Assembly: GCF_937981445.1 (NCBI RefSeq)
Contig: NZ_CALJON010000008.1
Coordinates: 124,442-188,441, forward strand
Origin: an uncultured Veillonella sp.
GTDB lineage: Bacteria; Bacillota; Negativicutes; Veillonellales; Veillonellaceae
Length of the DNA: 64,000 nt
Direction of reading: 5' to 3'
The notes under the pieces were generated by a model. That model had not been told where the DNA came from. It saw nothing but the letters and a program-made list of their open reading frames with translations, and did not search any database. The position numbers were made by a program, and so were the translations under genes. This document shows positions 7,637 to 15,270 of this stretch, piece by piece (position 1 is the first letter of the stretch; every line of letters begins with the position of its first letter).

Positions 7637-10300
7637 TTATGAATGAGGGGGAGTCTCATCGTCCTCATCAGGGATGATTTCTACATATATATCATTGCCT
7701 TCTGCAGCGGCCGTAGTCAACGCACCTAATAAAAGAGGATTATTGCGTTCCTCCTCCGTGCTCTGGTCAGGACTCCACTTAGGTAGGTTTTCTAAGGCCT
7801 TTCGATTGATGCCTTCCACCATCTCATCACTGCTATTAGTCCCCGTATTTATAGGCGACGCTGGTGGATTAGGCTGCGTAGTCATCGTGACCATATTACT
7901 ACTAGGATCTAATCCTGCTTCAATTTGAGCACTGCCGAAATCATCAATAATATCAGCCCCTGGTGCTTCTGGAGTCAGTCCATAGGGCGTATCCTGTGAA
8001 TCAGGACTTACGGTCAAGGCAGGACCCGAATTCGTTCCCACATTACGCTTAGCTAGTGCTGCCAAGGCGGCTTGTTTTGCCATTTCATGATTAGATTGAG
8101 CTGCTGTCCCTTGAATTGGTGGTGCTCCCATGACAGCGTTCTCGCCTTGCATTGGCGGCGTACTCATGGTGGCGGTTCCCCCTTGAGTTGACAGCGCACC
8201 CAGAGCAGAGCTTCCCCCTTGAGTTGGTGGAGCTCCCATAACAGAGTTCTCGCCTTGAGCTAGCGGCGCAGTCATAGCAAGATCGTTTTCCTTAGCATGA
8301 CCTACACTGGACACTGCCGCGGAAGGCGCTCCATGGTGCATAGGGGCCACCTCTGGAGCCACTTGTCCTTGAGTACCACTCGCTTTATGATGACTACCAG
8401 AACCAAATAAATTTTTTAACGCCTCTCGATAGCCTTGGTCTGTCGGACTATTATGACTAATTACTTGCACCGATAGAGGACGTCCTACTACATGGAGCAA
8501 AGCCTCTTCTACTTCACCTAAGCGCGTTGCTGAGCCAGCAATACTAATTAAGCTAGGTCCCTTAAAAACAAACACTGCATGAGTTTCATCCAAATAACTC
8601 ATAGCAGACATACTAAAGAAACTGCGTGTCATTTGCCAATTCTTTTTCTTTGTGTACTCAATGACTTTTTGCCATATATCTTTATATTGACTAGGATGAA
8701 CCACTTGTTGCCCTAATATGATAGCCATATTTCCAGGGGTTGATAAAATTTGCTTTTTACCTTTACCAGCTTTACCCCCTGTATGACTGTTATTATTAGC
8801 AGTTGGTGCACCATTACCGGCCAGACGTTGCACGCGAGGTGGCTGCATACCAGGTACGGCAGCAGTACCGCCATTCATCATAGTCCCTGCTGAAGCCGGC
8901 ACACTTGGCAAAACGCCGCCTGAAGGATGATTCCCTAATGTAGCACTTGGAAGCTGATTTTCTAATGCATCACCTGGGAGTTGATTTCCTAAAATAGTAC
9001 CGGGGTTACCAGACATAGGACTTGTTAAACCACCTACTGGCTGCGCTGTATAGGCTCCATTCATAGGTCCTGCCTGTGCCCCTTGGTGAACCGGAAAATT
9101 ACCGGACTCAACCACTTGCTCTAATTCAGCAATACGTGTAGCCAATGCATCGCGATCAGCCCCTAAATTTCGCTCGATGGCAGCAACTCGCTCTTCCACA
9201 TCGGCCCCATCAGATTGCACCCGCGCGCAAAGCCCTAAGAGTCCCATTTCAATAACGATACGAGGATTATCAACCCGTTTAGCATCATTTAAGACCTGCT
9301 GCAATTCCTTTACATAATAGTTTAATTCATCAATACTCACACTACTTGCTTGTACTGTAAAACTTTCTTTAAAGGGTGTATACAAACTTAGTTCTTCCGC
9401 ATTAGGCATTACTTTTTGAATCAAGAGGGCCCTTACATGTTCTATGAGGGCTTCTAAAATTTGACGACTATCGCGCCCTTCCATAAGGGCTGTCTTAGCG
9501 GCTACTAACACATTAGCACCATCTCCAGCACGCAAGATATCAAAGAAGGAAATAATCCACTCCTTGCTCACTAAGCCAATCATAGTTTCCACGGTACTCG
9601 CCGTAATCGTATCAGATGTCATGCCTGAACATTGGTCTAAAATGCTGAGCGCATCACGTAACCCGCCATCTGCATGAATAGCAATTAATTGCGCTGCCTG
9701 CGGGTCTAAGGATATATTAGAGGCCTGAGCCACCTTCAATAAATGAGCACTAATATCTTCTGCTGTAATGCGTCTAAACGTATAGCGTTGACAGCGAGAT
9801 AAAATTGTTACAGGTAATTTATCTATTTCAGTAGTAGCAAAAATAAATAGCACATGATCTGGCGGCTCTTCAATGGTCTTTAAAAGCGCATTCCAAGCTT
9901 CATTAGTAAGCATATGGGCTTCATCAATGATGAATATTTTTTTGCGTCCTTCTACGGGTAAGAATTTTACACTTTCACGAAGAGCCCGTATTTCATCAAT
10001 GCCGCGATTAGAAGCCGCATCAATTTCCATAACGTCCATGGACTGGCCATTTAAAATCTGCTTACAACTCGTACATTCATTACAAGGATGGTCAGTGGGG
10101 CCTTTTTCACAGTTGATAGCACGGGCGAAAATTTTTGCAATACTAGTCTTACCTGTTCCCCTTGGTCCAGAAAACAAGTATGCATGGGCCACTTTATCTT
10201 CCCGAATAGCCCGCATCAAGGTTTCACTCACTTGCTTTTGTCCTACTACATCGGTGAATGTTTGAGGTCGCCATTTTCTATATAAAGCTAAATAACTCAT
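7637..10300 (-). CDS. dnaX: DNA polymerase III subunit gamma/tau with a greatly extended low-complexity C-terminal half
   Basis: 887 aa. Walker A GPRGTGKTS, zinc module CNECTSCKQI, Walker B IFIIDEAHML and sensor SRCQRY. The C-terminal roughly 480 aa are rich in G/P/Q/A/S/T repeats. Confidence 0.95.
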   Translation of the reverse strand: MSYLALYRKWRPQTFTDVVGQKQVSETLMRAIREDKVAHAYLFSGPRGTGKTSIAKIFARAINCEKGPTDHPCNECTSCKQILNGQSMDVMEIDAASNRGIDEIRALRESVKFLPVEGRKKIFIIDEAHMLTNEAWNALLKTIEEPPDHVLFIFATTEIDKLPVTILSRCQRYTFRRITAEDISAHLLKVAQASNISLDPQAAQLIAIHADGGLRDALSILDQCSGMTSDTITASTVETMIGLVSKEWIISFFDILRAGDGANVLVAAKTALMEGRDSRQILEALIEHVRALLIQKVMPNAEELSLYTPFKESFTVQASSVSIDELNYYVKELQQVLNDAKRVDNPRIVIEMGLLGLCARVQSDGADVEERVAAIERNLGADRDALATRIAELEQVVESGNFPVHQGAQAGPMNGAYTAQPVGGLTSPMSGNPGTILGNQLPGDALENQLPSATLGNHPSGGVLPSVPASAGTMMNGGTAAVPGMQPPRVQRLAGNGAPTANNNSHTGGKAGKGKKQILSTPGNMAIILGQQVVHPSQYKDIWQKVIEYTKKKNWQMTRSFFSMSAMSYLDETHAVFVFKGPSLISIAGSATRLGEVEEALLHVVGRPLSVQVISHNSPTDQGYREALKNLFGSGSHHKASGTQGQVAPEVAPMHHGAPSAAVSSVGHAKENDLAMTAPLAQGENSVMGAPPTQGGSSALGALSTQGGTATMSTPPMQGENAVMGAPPIQGTAAQSNHEMAKQAALAALAKRNVGTNSGPALTVSPDSQDTPYGLTPEAPGADIIDDFGSAQIEAGLDPSSNMVTMTTQPNPPASPINTGTNSSDEMVEGINRKALENLPKWSPDQSTEEERNNPLLLGALTTAAAEGNDIYVEIIPDEDDETPPHS

Positions 10301-10374
10301 CAGCCCCTCCTTCCTACAGTCATCACATCTACTACTATTTAATACTCTCTACGTCACATTCTAATAATACATAT

Positions 10375-10400
10375 AAAAAAAGCAGCGGTAACCGCTGCTT
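10375..10400 (-). terminator. Intrinsic terminator of the SRP RNA gene
   Basis: Minus strand reads GCAGCGGTTACCGCTGC followed by TTTTTTT. Confidence 0.85.
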
Positions 10401-10404
10401 TCTT

Positions 10405-10566
10405 CTGCCTATGCAGCACTCGATTATGACAGCCTCATAGGTTCCCTTGTGGCACATGGAAGTGACCGCTTAGTGCTGCTATCTCTCGATCCTGACACGA
10501 TTCACAGGCTCCCATTGCACAAGCCCCACAAGACTGCCATAATCCAGTCCTGCATTACGGCTAGCT
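10405..10566 (-). ncRNA. ffs: Signal recognition particle RNA (about 155-160 nt)
   Basis: Minus-strand GUCAGGAUCGAGAGAUAGCAGC (10475-10496) matches the SRP helix-8 consensus (E. coli GUCAGGUCCGGAAGGAAGCAGC), with compensatory stem changes and a GNRA loop. The 5' GCCGUAAUGCAGGACUGGAUUAUGGCAG pairs with the 3' CUGUCAUAAUCGAGUGCUGCAUAGGC. It has its own promoter and terminator and lies upstream of dnaX as in Bacillus. Confidence 0.85.
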
Positions 10567-10571
10567 ATATC

Positions 10572-10600
10572 ATTATATCTTAATAAAGGGAAAAATACAA
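10572..10600 (-). promoter_or_regulatory. sigma70-type promoter of ffs
   Basis: Minus strand TTGTAT-17 nt-TATAAT, with the -10 ending about 6 nt before the proposed RNA 5' end. Confidence 0.7.
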
Positions 10601-10617
10601 TACTAGGAAGTACAGCC

Positions 10618-10762
10618 TCTTTATTATCTTTATTATCTTTATGGTCTTTGTTATCTTTGTTATCTTTGTTATATTTATTTTCCATGTTATCCTTGTTCTC
10701 TGTATGCTCTTTGTTCTCTGTGTGCTTTTTGTTCCCTATGTTCCCTTTCTCATCTTCATTGT
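10618..10762. repeat. Degenerate 9-nt tandem array, about 16 copies (CTTTGTTAT-like)
   Basis: CTTTATTAT CTTTATTAT CTTTATGGT CTTTGTTAT x3 and further diverged copies. Pyrimidine-rich on the + strand, immediately upstream of the ffs promoter. Confidence 0.8.
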
Positions 10763-10975
10763 CTCCAGTATACTTACATATTGATTTCAATATGTATAAA
10801 ATATGATTTCCCAATCTACAATTCGCTAAAAGTCCCTCGGTTTTAATTCTACAGTCTATACGAATGCGAAAAACTTGTAGTATAATATATTTTGTGCTTT
10901 TTTTATGGAAATTATAACAGTTATTAAATATTTACTTTCTTTTTCTATTCTATACGTTTTAATGAAAGGATTTAT

Positions 10976-12394
10976 ATGGATTTATTCAACAATATAATCG
11001 GTTCCATTACTGGTTTCCTTTGGGACTATATCATTATTATCTTCCTCATTGGCGCTGGTATTTGGTTTTCCATTACTACTAAGTTCATTCAAATACGAGA
11101 AATAAAGGAAATGGTCCGACTCCTAGGTGAAGGTGTGGGCACAAAAACAGAAGGTAATCGCATTTCCTCCTTCCAAGCTTTCTGTGTTAGCTCCGCATCA
11201 CGCGTTGGTGTTGGAAATATTGCCGGTATTGCCATTGCTGTCGTACTCGGTGGTCCTGGCGCAGTATTTTGGATGTGGTTCATCGCCTTTCTAGGGGCCT
11301 CCACAGGCTTTGTAGAAAGTACATTGGCACAGATTTACAAAGTTCCTTCCCAAAAAGGTGGCTTCCATGGCGGTCCTGCCTATTATATTAAAGCCGGCTT
11401 GAAAAGTCCCTTCTTTGCCTTCCTATTTGCCGTACTAATCAGTGTTACCTATGGACTTATTTACAACTCCGTTCAAGCTAATACGATTTCCATGGCCTTA
11501 CAAGTGTTTGAGCTAAATGGTCATATTGTAGGACTAACTGTAGCCATTCTTACGGCCCTAGTTATCTTCGGTGGCATTGCGCGCATCGCCAAACTTAGCG
11601 AATGGTTCGTGCCTCTTATGGCTGGTATTTATATTTTAACCGCTGTCTTTATTACCTTAGTACATATTACGGAACTACCACACATTTTATATCGCATCGT
11701 TACCGAAGCCTTTTCCTTTGATGCAGCCTCTGGCGGCTTCTTTGGCGCCGCCATGATGAATGGTATCAAGCGTGGCCTTTTCTCCAACGAAGCAGGCGAA
11801 GGTTCCGTCCCAAATGCTGCAGCCACGGCCGATGTAAGTCATCCTGTAAAACAAGGTCTTATCCAAAGCTTTGGGGTATTCGTGGATACCTTCTTAGTAT
11901 GTAGTGCCTCCGCTTTTATCGTGCTTTTATCAGGTAATTTTGAAACCTCTGGACTTACGGGGATCGCCTTAGTACAACATGATTTATCCCTTCAATTAGG
12001 CAGTTGGGCCCCTAGTGTCATGGCCATTTTCATCTTTATGTTTGCCTTCTCCTCTATTGTAGGCAACTACTACTATGGTGAAATTAACATTGCCCATTTA
12101 ACTAAAAATCCAATGTACCTCAACATATTCCGTATCTTAGTCGTCTTCATGGTATACTTTGGCTGTGTAGCGTCTTTAAATCTTGTGTGGAATCTAGCGG
12201 ATCTCTTCATGGCCTTCATGGTACTCACCAACTTAACGGCCATTTTATTACTCAACAAACAATCTGAACTGGCTACCCTAGACTATTTCAAACAGAAAAA
12301 AGCAGGTATCAAAGAACCCGTATTCCACCGCGATGTATTAACTGACCGCGATGGCATTGTATGGTGGCATGAAAATGCTAAGCACCAAGACTAA
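10976..12394 (+). CDS. Alanine/glycine:cation symporter (AGCS family)
   Basis: 472 aa and polytopic. The N-terminal pattern (FLWDYIIIIFLIGAGIWFSITTKFIQIRE) and overall layout are typical of sodium:alanine symporters. AAAGGA lies 5 nt upstream of the ATG. Confidence 0.85.
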   Translation: MDLFNNIIGSITGFLWDYIIIIFLIGAGIWFSITTKFIQIREIKEMVRLLGEGVGTKTEGNRISSFQAFCVSSASRVGVGNIAGIAIAVVLGGPGAVFWMWFIAFLGASTGFVESTLAQIYKVPSQKGGFHGGPAYYIKAGLKSPFFAFLFAVLISVTYGLIYNSVQANTISMALQVFELNGHIVGLTVAILTALVIFGGIARIAKLSEWFVPLMAGIYILTAVFITLVHITELPHILYRIVTEAFSFDAASGGFFGAAMMNGIKRGLFSNEAGEGSVPNAAATADVSHPVKQGLIQSFGVFVDTFLVCSASAFIVLLSGNFETSGLTGIALVQHDLSLQLGSWAPSVMAIFIFMFAFSSIVGNYYYGEINIAHLTKNPMYLNIFRILVVFMVYFGCVASLNLVWNLADLFMAFMVLTNLTAILLLNKQSELATLDYFKQKKAGIKEPVFHRDVLTDRDGIVWWHENAKHQD

Positions 12395-12406
12395 ATAAAA
12401 AACAAA

Positions 12407-12478
12407 AACGCCATAAACACTTCACTGCATCAGTCGAATATATCGAATTTGATGTGAGAAGTAGTTATGGCGTTTTTT
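12407..12478. terminator. Long-stem bidirectional terminator
   Basis: AACGCCATAAACACTTCAC ... GTGAGAAGTAGTTATGGCGTT followed by TTTTTT, preceded by an A-run, between convergent genes. Confidence 0.75.
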
Positions 12479-12489
12479 ATTTCCATCAT

Positions 12490-13716
12490 TTATCCTTCAA
12501 ATTCCGCCTTAATTGCTTTTAATGTATCAGGTGTTTCCATTAAATGTAACAAGGTTTTCACGATAATAGACGCCCCTTCTTCAATGGACGTTTTAATGGT
12601 TGGTTCAGTCATAGCCTGAGCAAATTCGATGGTATGACACACTTTATCAGCCCCTTTTAGGCGTAAGGTAGGATGAAAGGCAGGGCAAATTTTACTTACA
12701 TTGCCAATATCTGAACTTCCTAGGTCAGTGGGCTTACCAGTTTTATGTGGAATAGCAAGCTCCTCGTAAACCTGCTCAATAAGGGCTGTGCCGGCCTCAT
12801 TCCACTTCATGTCATCAAAGCTATTGCCGTACATGTTCATTTCATAGGTCGTCCCAGTTGCTAGGGCCGCCCCTTTTACACAATTAGTAATTTTATATAC
12901 CAAGGTATCCAAATACGCCCGTTCTGTATGACGCACACAAAGTTCAAATTCCGCATATTCTGGAATTACATTCGATGCATTGCCACCATTAATAACATAG
13001 TAACCAATGCGTGTTTCTGGCCTTGTTTGCTGACGAAGCATGTCTATCGCCTGAAATGCTAAATTCATGCCATTAAGCGCATTAACACCATTCCAAGGCT
13101 CACCGGCCGCATGAGCTGGTACACCATGAAAGGCTATGCGATAACAATCAAGAGCTAAAAAGGCTGAATTAGCCCGTGATTCAACGCCATCCATATGAAC
13201 CATGATAGCAAAATCATACTCATCAAATTCACCAGCCTTAACTAAATCAACCTTACCACCAGTGGCCTCCTCATCCGGTGTACCTATAATATCCACATCC
13301 ATAGGTAAACCCTCAGCGCCTTCCGCCTTAAGCGCAGCATCAAGCCCTTTTAAAGTTAATGCTGCTAAGGTGCTAATAGAGCCGCTAGCACAATGTCCAC
13401 AACCATGGCCAATATTAGGCAGGGCATCATATTCACATAAAATAGCCAATCTTGGACGACGTAGCCCTTTACGCCCGTGAATCATCAAACCTGTCGTAGT
13501 ATCGCCTTTGATGACTTGTCCTCTAAAGGAGTGTGTAACGCCACTAAGTTCACGAGAAATAGGAATCCCTGCCCCTTCAAGAATCGAACTAATATAACGA
13601 GCCGATTGTTCTTCCTGCCCCGATATTTCTGGATGTGCTGCAAGTTCAAAATTTATATTGAATGCTTGTTCCTTATGCGCTTCTATCTGTGCCTTAGCAC
13701 GTTCCCAATATGTCAT
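12490..13716 (-). CDS. M20-family amidohydrolase / peptidase
   Basis: 408 aa. Metal-ligand-like NIGHGCGHCASG and a DEE(A)TGG block. Layout matches an M20 catalytic domain plus dimerisation domain. Confidence 0.8.
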   Translation of the reverse strand: MTYWERAKAQIEAHKEQAFNINFELAAHPEISGQEEQSARYISSILEGAGIPISRELSGVTHSFRGQVIKGDTTTGLMIHGRKGLRRPRLAILCEYDALPNIGHGCGHCASGSISTLAALTLKGLDAALKAEGAEGLPMDVDIIGTPDEEATGGKVDLVKAGEFDEYDFAIMVHMDGVESRANSAFLALDCYRIAFHGVPAHAAGEPWNGVNALNGMNLAFQAIDMLRQQTRPETRIGYYVINGGNASNVIPEYAEFELCVRHTERAYLDTLVYKITNCVKGAALATGTTYEMNMYGNSFDDMKWNEAGTALIEQVYEELAIPHKTGKPTDLGSSDIGNVSKICPAFHPTLRLKGADKVCHTIEFAQAMTEPTIKTSIEEGASIIVKTLLHLMETPDTLKAIKAEFEG

Positions 13717-14099
13717 ACAAACCTCCTATGTCTCAATGGTTCACACATAAACGCCCTTCATTACTGCTTATTACATGTCAAAGTGCTCTGCATTGAAGCG
13801 TAGTTCACACTTAAGCCTTTTCTTCAAAACGTATTTTACACGCAACCAATAGTCTCTGTAAATTTATAACTCAATCAGTGCATAAATTCAAATGCCATAC
13901 ACTTTGCTTTTTATTATACTCATTTCACCTATATAAGTATACATAGAGTTTTATAAATCGCTATCAACCAATTTATTCATTGTACTATTTCGTGTTTTTC
14001 CGTCTATTTAGCAAATAACATCTTAGCGTTATTTCTTTATAGCAGATGGTATCTCCTATGAATAACCTCAAGAAATTAAGTAATTCTATCATTTCTATG

Positions 14100-14128
14100 T
14101 TGATATTTATACAGAAAAAAGTTATAAT
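14100..14128 (+). promoter_or_regulatory. sigma70-type promoter of the binding-protein gene
   Basis: TTGATA-17 nt-TATAAT, about 80 nt upstream of the start codon. Confidence 0.65.
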
Positions 14129-14210
14129 GTGCCTATGAATTGAGAGGAGACAGTAGTTCATTCCTATCAAACTCCTCAAAATAGTACTCATGGGGCATAA
14201 GGAGGCATAT

Positions 14211-15002
14211 ATGTTTAGCAATTTAAAGAAATTTGCATCTAAAAGAGTAGTTCTTGGTGTAACTGCTGCTTTATTAGCTGTTGGTCTATTAGCTGGTTGT
14301 GGCAATGATTCTGCACAACAAGGAGAAAAGGTACTTCGCGTGGGCGCCGAAACAACCTTCCCTCCATTCGAATTTACTGAAGGCGATAAATATGTAGGCT
14401 TTGATATCGACTTGGCTGAAGCTATCGCTAAAAAAATGGGTTACAAAATGGAATTCAAGAGCATGGGCTTTGATGCATTAATTCCAGCGCTTCAAAGTAA
14501 TGATATTGATATGATTGCATCTGGTATTAATGCTACACCAGAACGCGCTAAAGCAGTTGATTTCTCCGAACCATACTTCACTGAAGGCGGCTTTGCTATT
14601 GTTGTTCGCAAAGATAACACTACCATCAATGACTGGAAAGACTTAGAAGGCAAACGTATCATCACTCAAATTGGTACTATTCCTTCTGAAATGGCCCGCA
14701 AAATTGACGGTGCTCAAGTAAAAGACGTAGATAGCAATTCCCAAGCATTCAATGAATTACAAGCTAATACAGCGGATGCTATGATTCTTGATAATGCAGT
14801 CGCTATGTATTATTTAAAACAAGGGGCTGACAAGGATCTAAAAATCACTGGTCAACCAACACAAGCTGAAGGCACTGTATGGGCATTCCGCAAAGGGGAT
14901 AATGAACTTCGCGAAAAAGCTAACAAAGCACTTCAAGACTTAAAAGCTGATGGCACATACCAAAAAATTTATGACAAATGGTTTGGTTCTAGCCAGAAAT
15001 AA
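14211..15002 (+). CDS. Amino-acid ABC transporter substrate-binding lipoprotein (family 3 SBP)
   Basis: The ORF track starts at 14190. The ATG at 14211 has AGGAGG 6 nt upstream. Signal peptide with lipobox LLAGCG; polar amino-acid SBP-like sequence. No permease or ATPase gene is adjacent. Confidence 0.9.
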   Translation: MFSNLKKFASKRVVLGVTAALLAVGLLAGCGNDSAQQGEKVLRVGAETTFPPFEFTEGDKYVGFDIDLAEAIAKKMGYKMEFKSMGFDALIPALQSNDIDMIASGINATPERAKAVDFSEPYFTEGGFAIVVRKDNTTINDWKDLEGKRIITQIGTIPSEMARKIDGAQVKDVDSNSQAFNELQANTADAMILDNAVAMYYLKQGADKDLKITGQPTQAEGTVWAFRKGDNELREKANKALQDLKADGTYQKIYDKWFGSSQK

Positions 15003-15050
15003 TCCTGTAAGTTAGGTACAGCGTAATAAAGTAAATTTTAAATATAAAAT

Positions 15051-15084
15051 AAAAATAGGAGCTCTAAGAGCTCCTATTTTTTTA
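15051..15084. terminator. Bidirectional intrinsic terminator
   Basis: AAAAATAGGAGCTC-TAA-GAGCTCCTATTTTTTT: a perfect 10-bp stem. Confidence 0.9.
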
Positions 15085-15114
15085 TTTTCTACTATCTGCC
15101 ATAACTCATATCTT

Positions 15115-15270
15115 TTGCATTATAGCGCTTATATTTTACACTATACTACTTATGCGTTACTCTATACAACTTACGCTTTCCCCTATACTACTCATGCGTT
15201 ACTCTATACGACTTAGGTGTTACTCTATACGACCTATGTGTTACCCTATAATGCTTATGCTTTATCATAC
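15115..15270. repeat. Degenerate 21-nt tandem array, about 7.4 copies (TTACTCTATACGACTTAGGTG-like)
   Basis: Copies start at 15115, 15136, 15157, 15178, 15199, 15220, 15241 and 15262. The array ends exactly at the addA stop codon (15271). Confidence 0.85.

Noticed and set aside
9937-9943. Homopolymer A7 (T7 on +) and AAAAAG at about 8750 in dnaX, considered as gamma/tau frameshift or slippage sites
   Set aside because: The A7 run lies in the Walker B region, where a shift would destroy the ATPase. The second site lacks the A-AAA-AAG heptamer in the correct frame and has no downstream stem-loop.
10479-10814. 111-aa ORF (KDNKDNK repeats)
   Set aside because: It runs through the ffs promoter and half of the SRP RNA. 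The open frame is a by-product of a 9-nt tandem array, and it has no RBS.
13477-14305. ORFs of 108 aa (+) and 106 aa (-) in the M20/SBP intergenic region
   Set aside because: These are AT-rich promoter DNA. One overlaps the SBP promoter and start, neither has an RBS, and both have low-complexity composition.
15115-15270. Tandem arrays considered as CRISPR (also 49371-49530, 10618-10762, 54533-54773)
   Set aside because: The units are contiguous degenerate copies with no alternation of constant repeats and unique spacers. Periods of 9-21 nt are too short, and there are no cas genes in the window.
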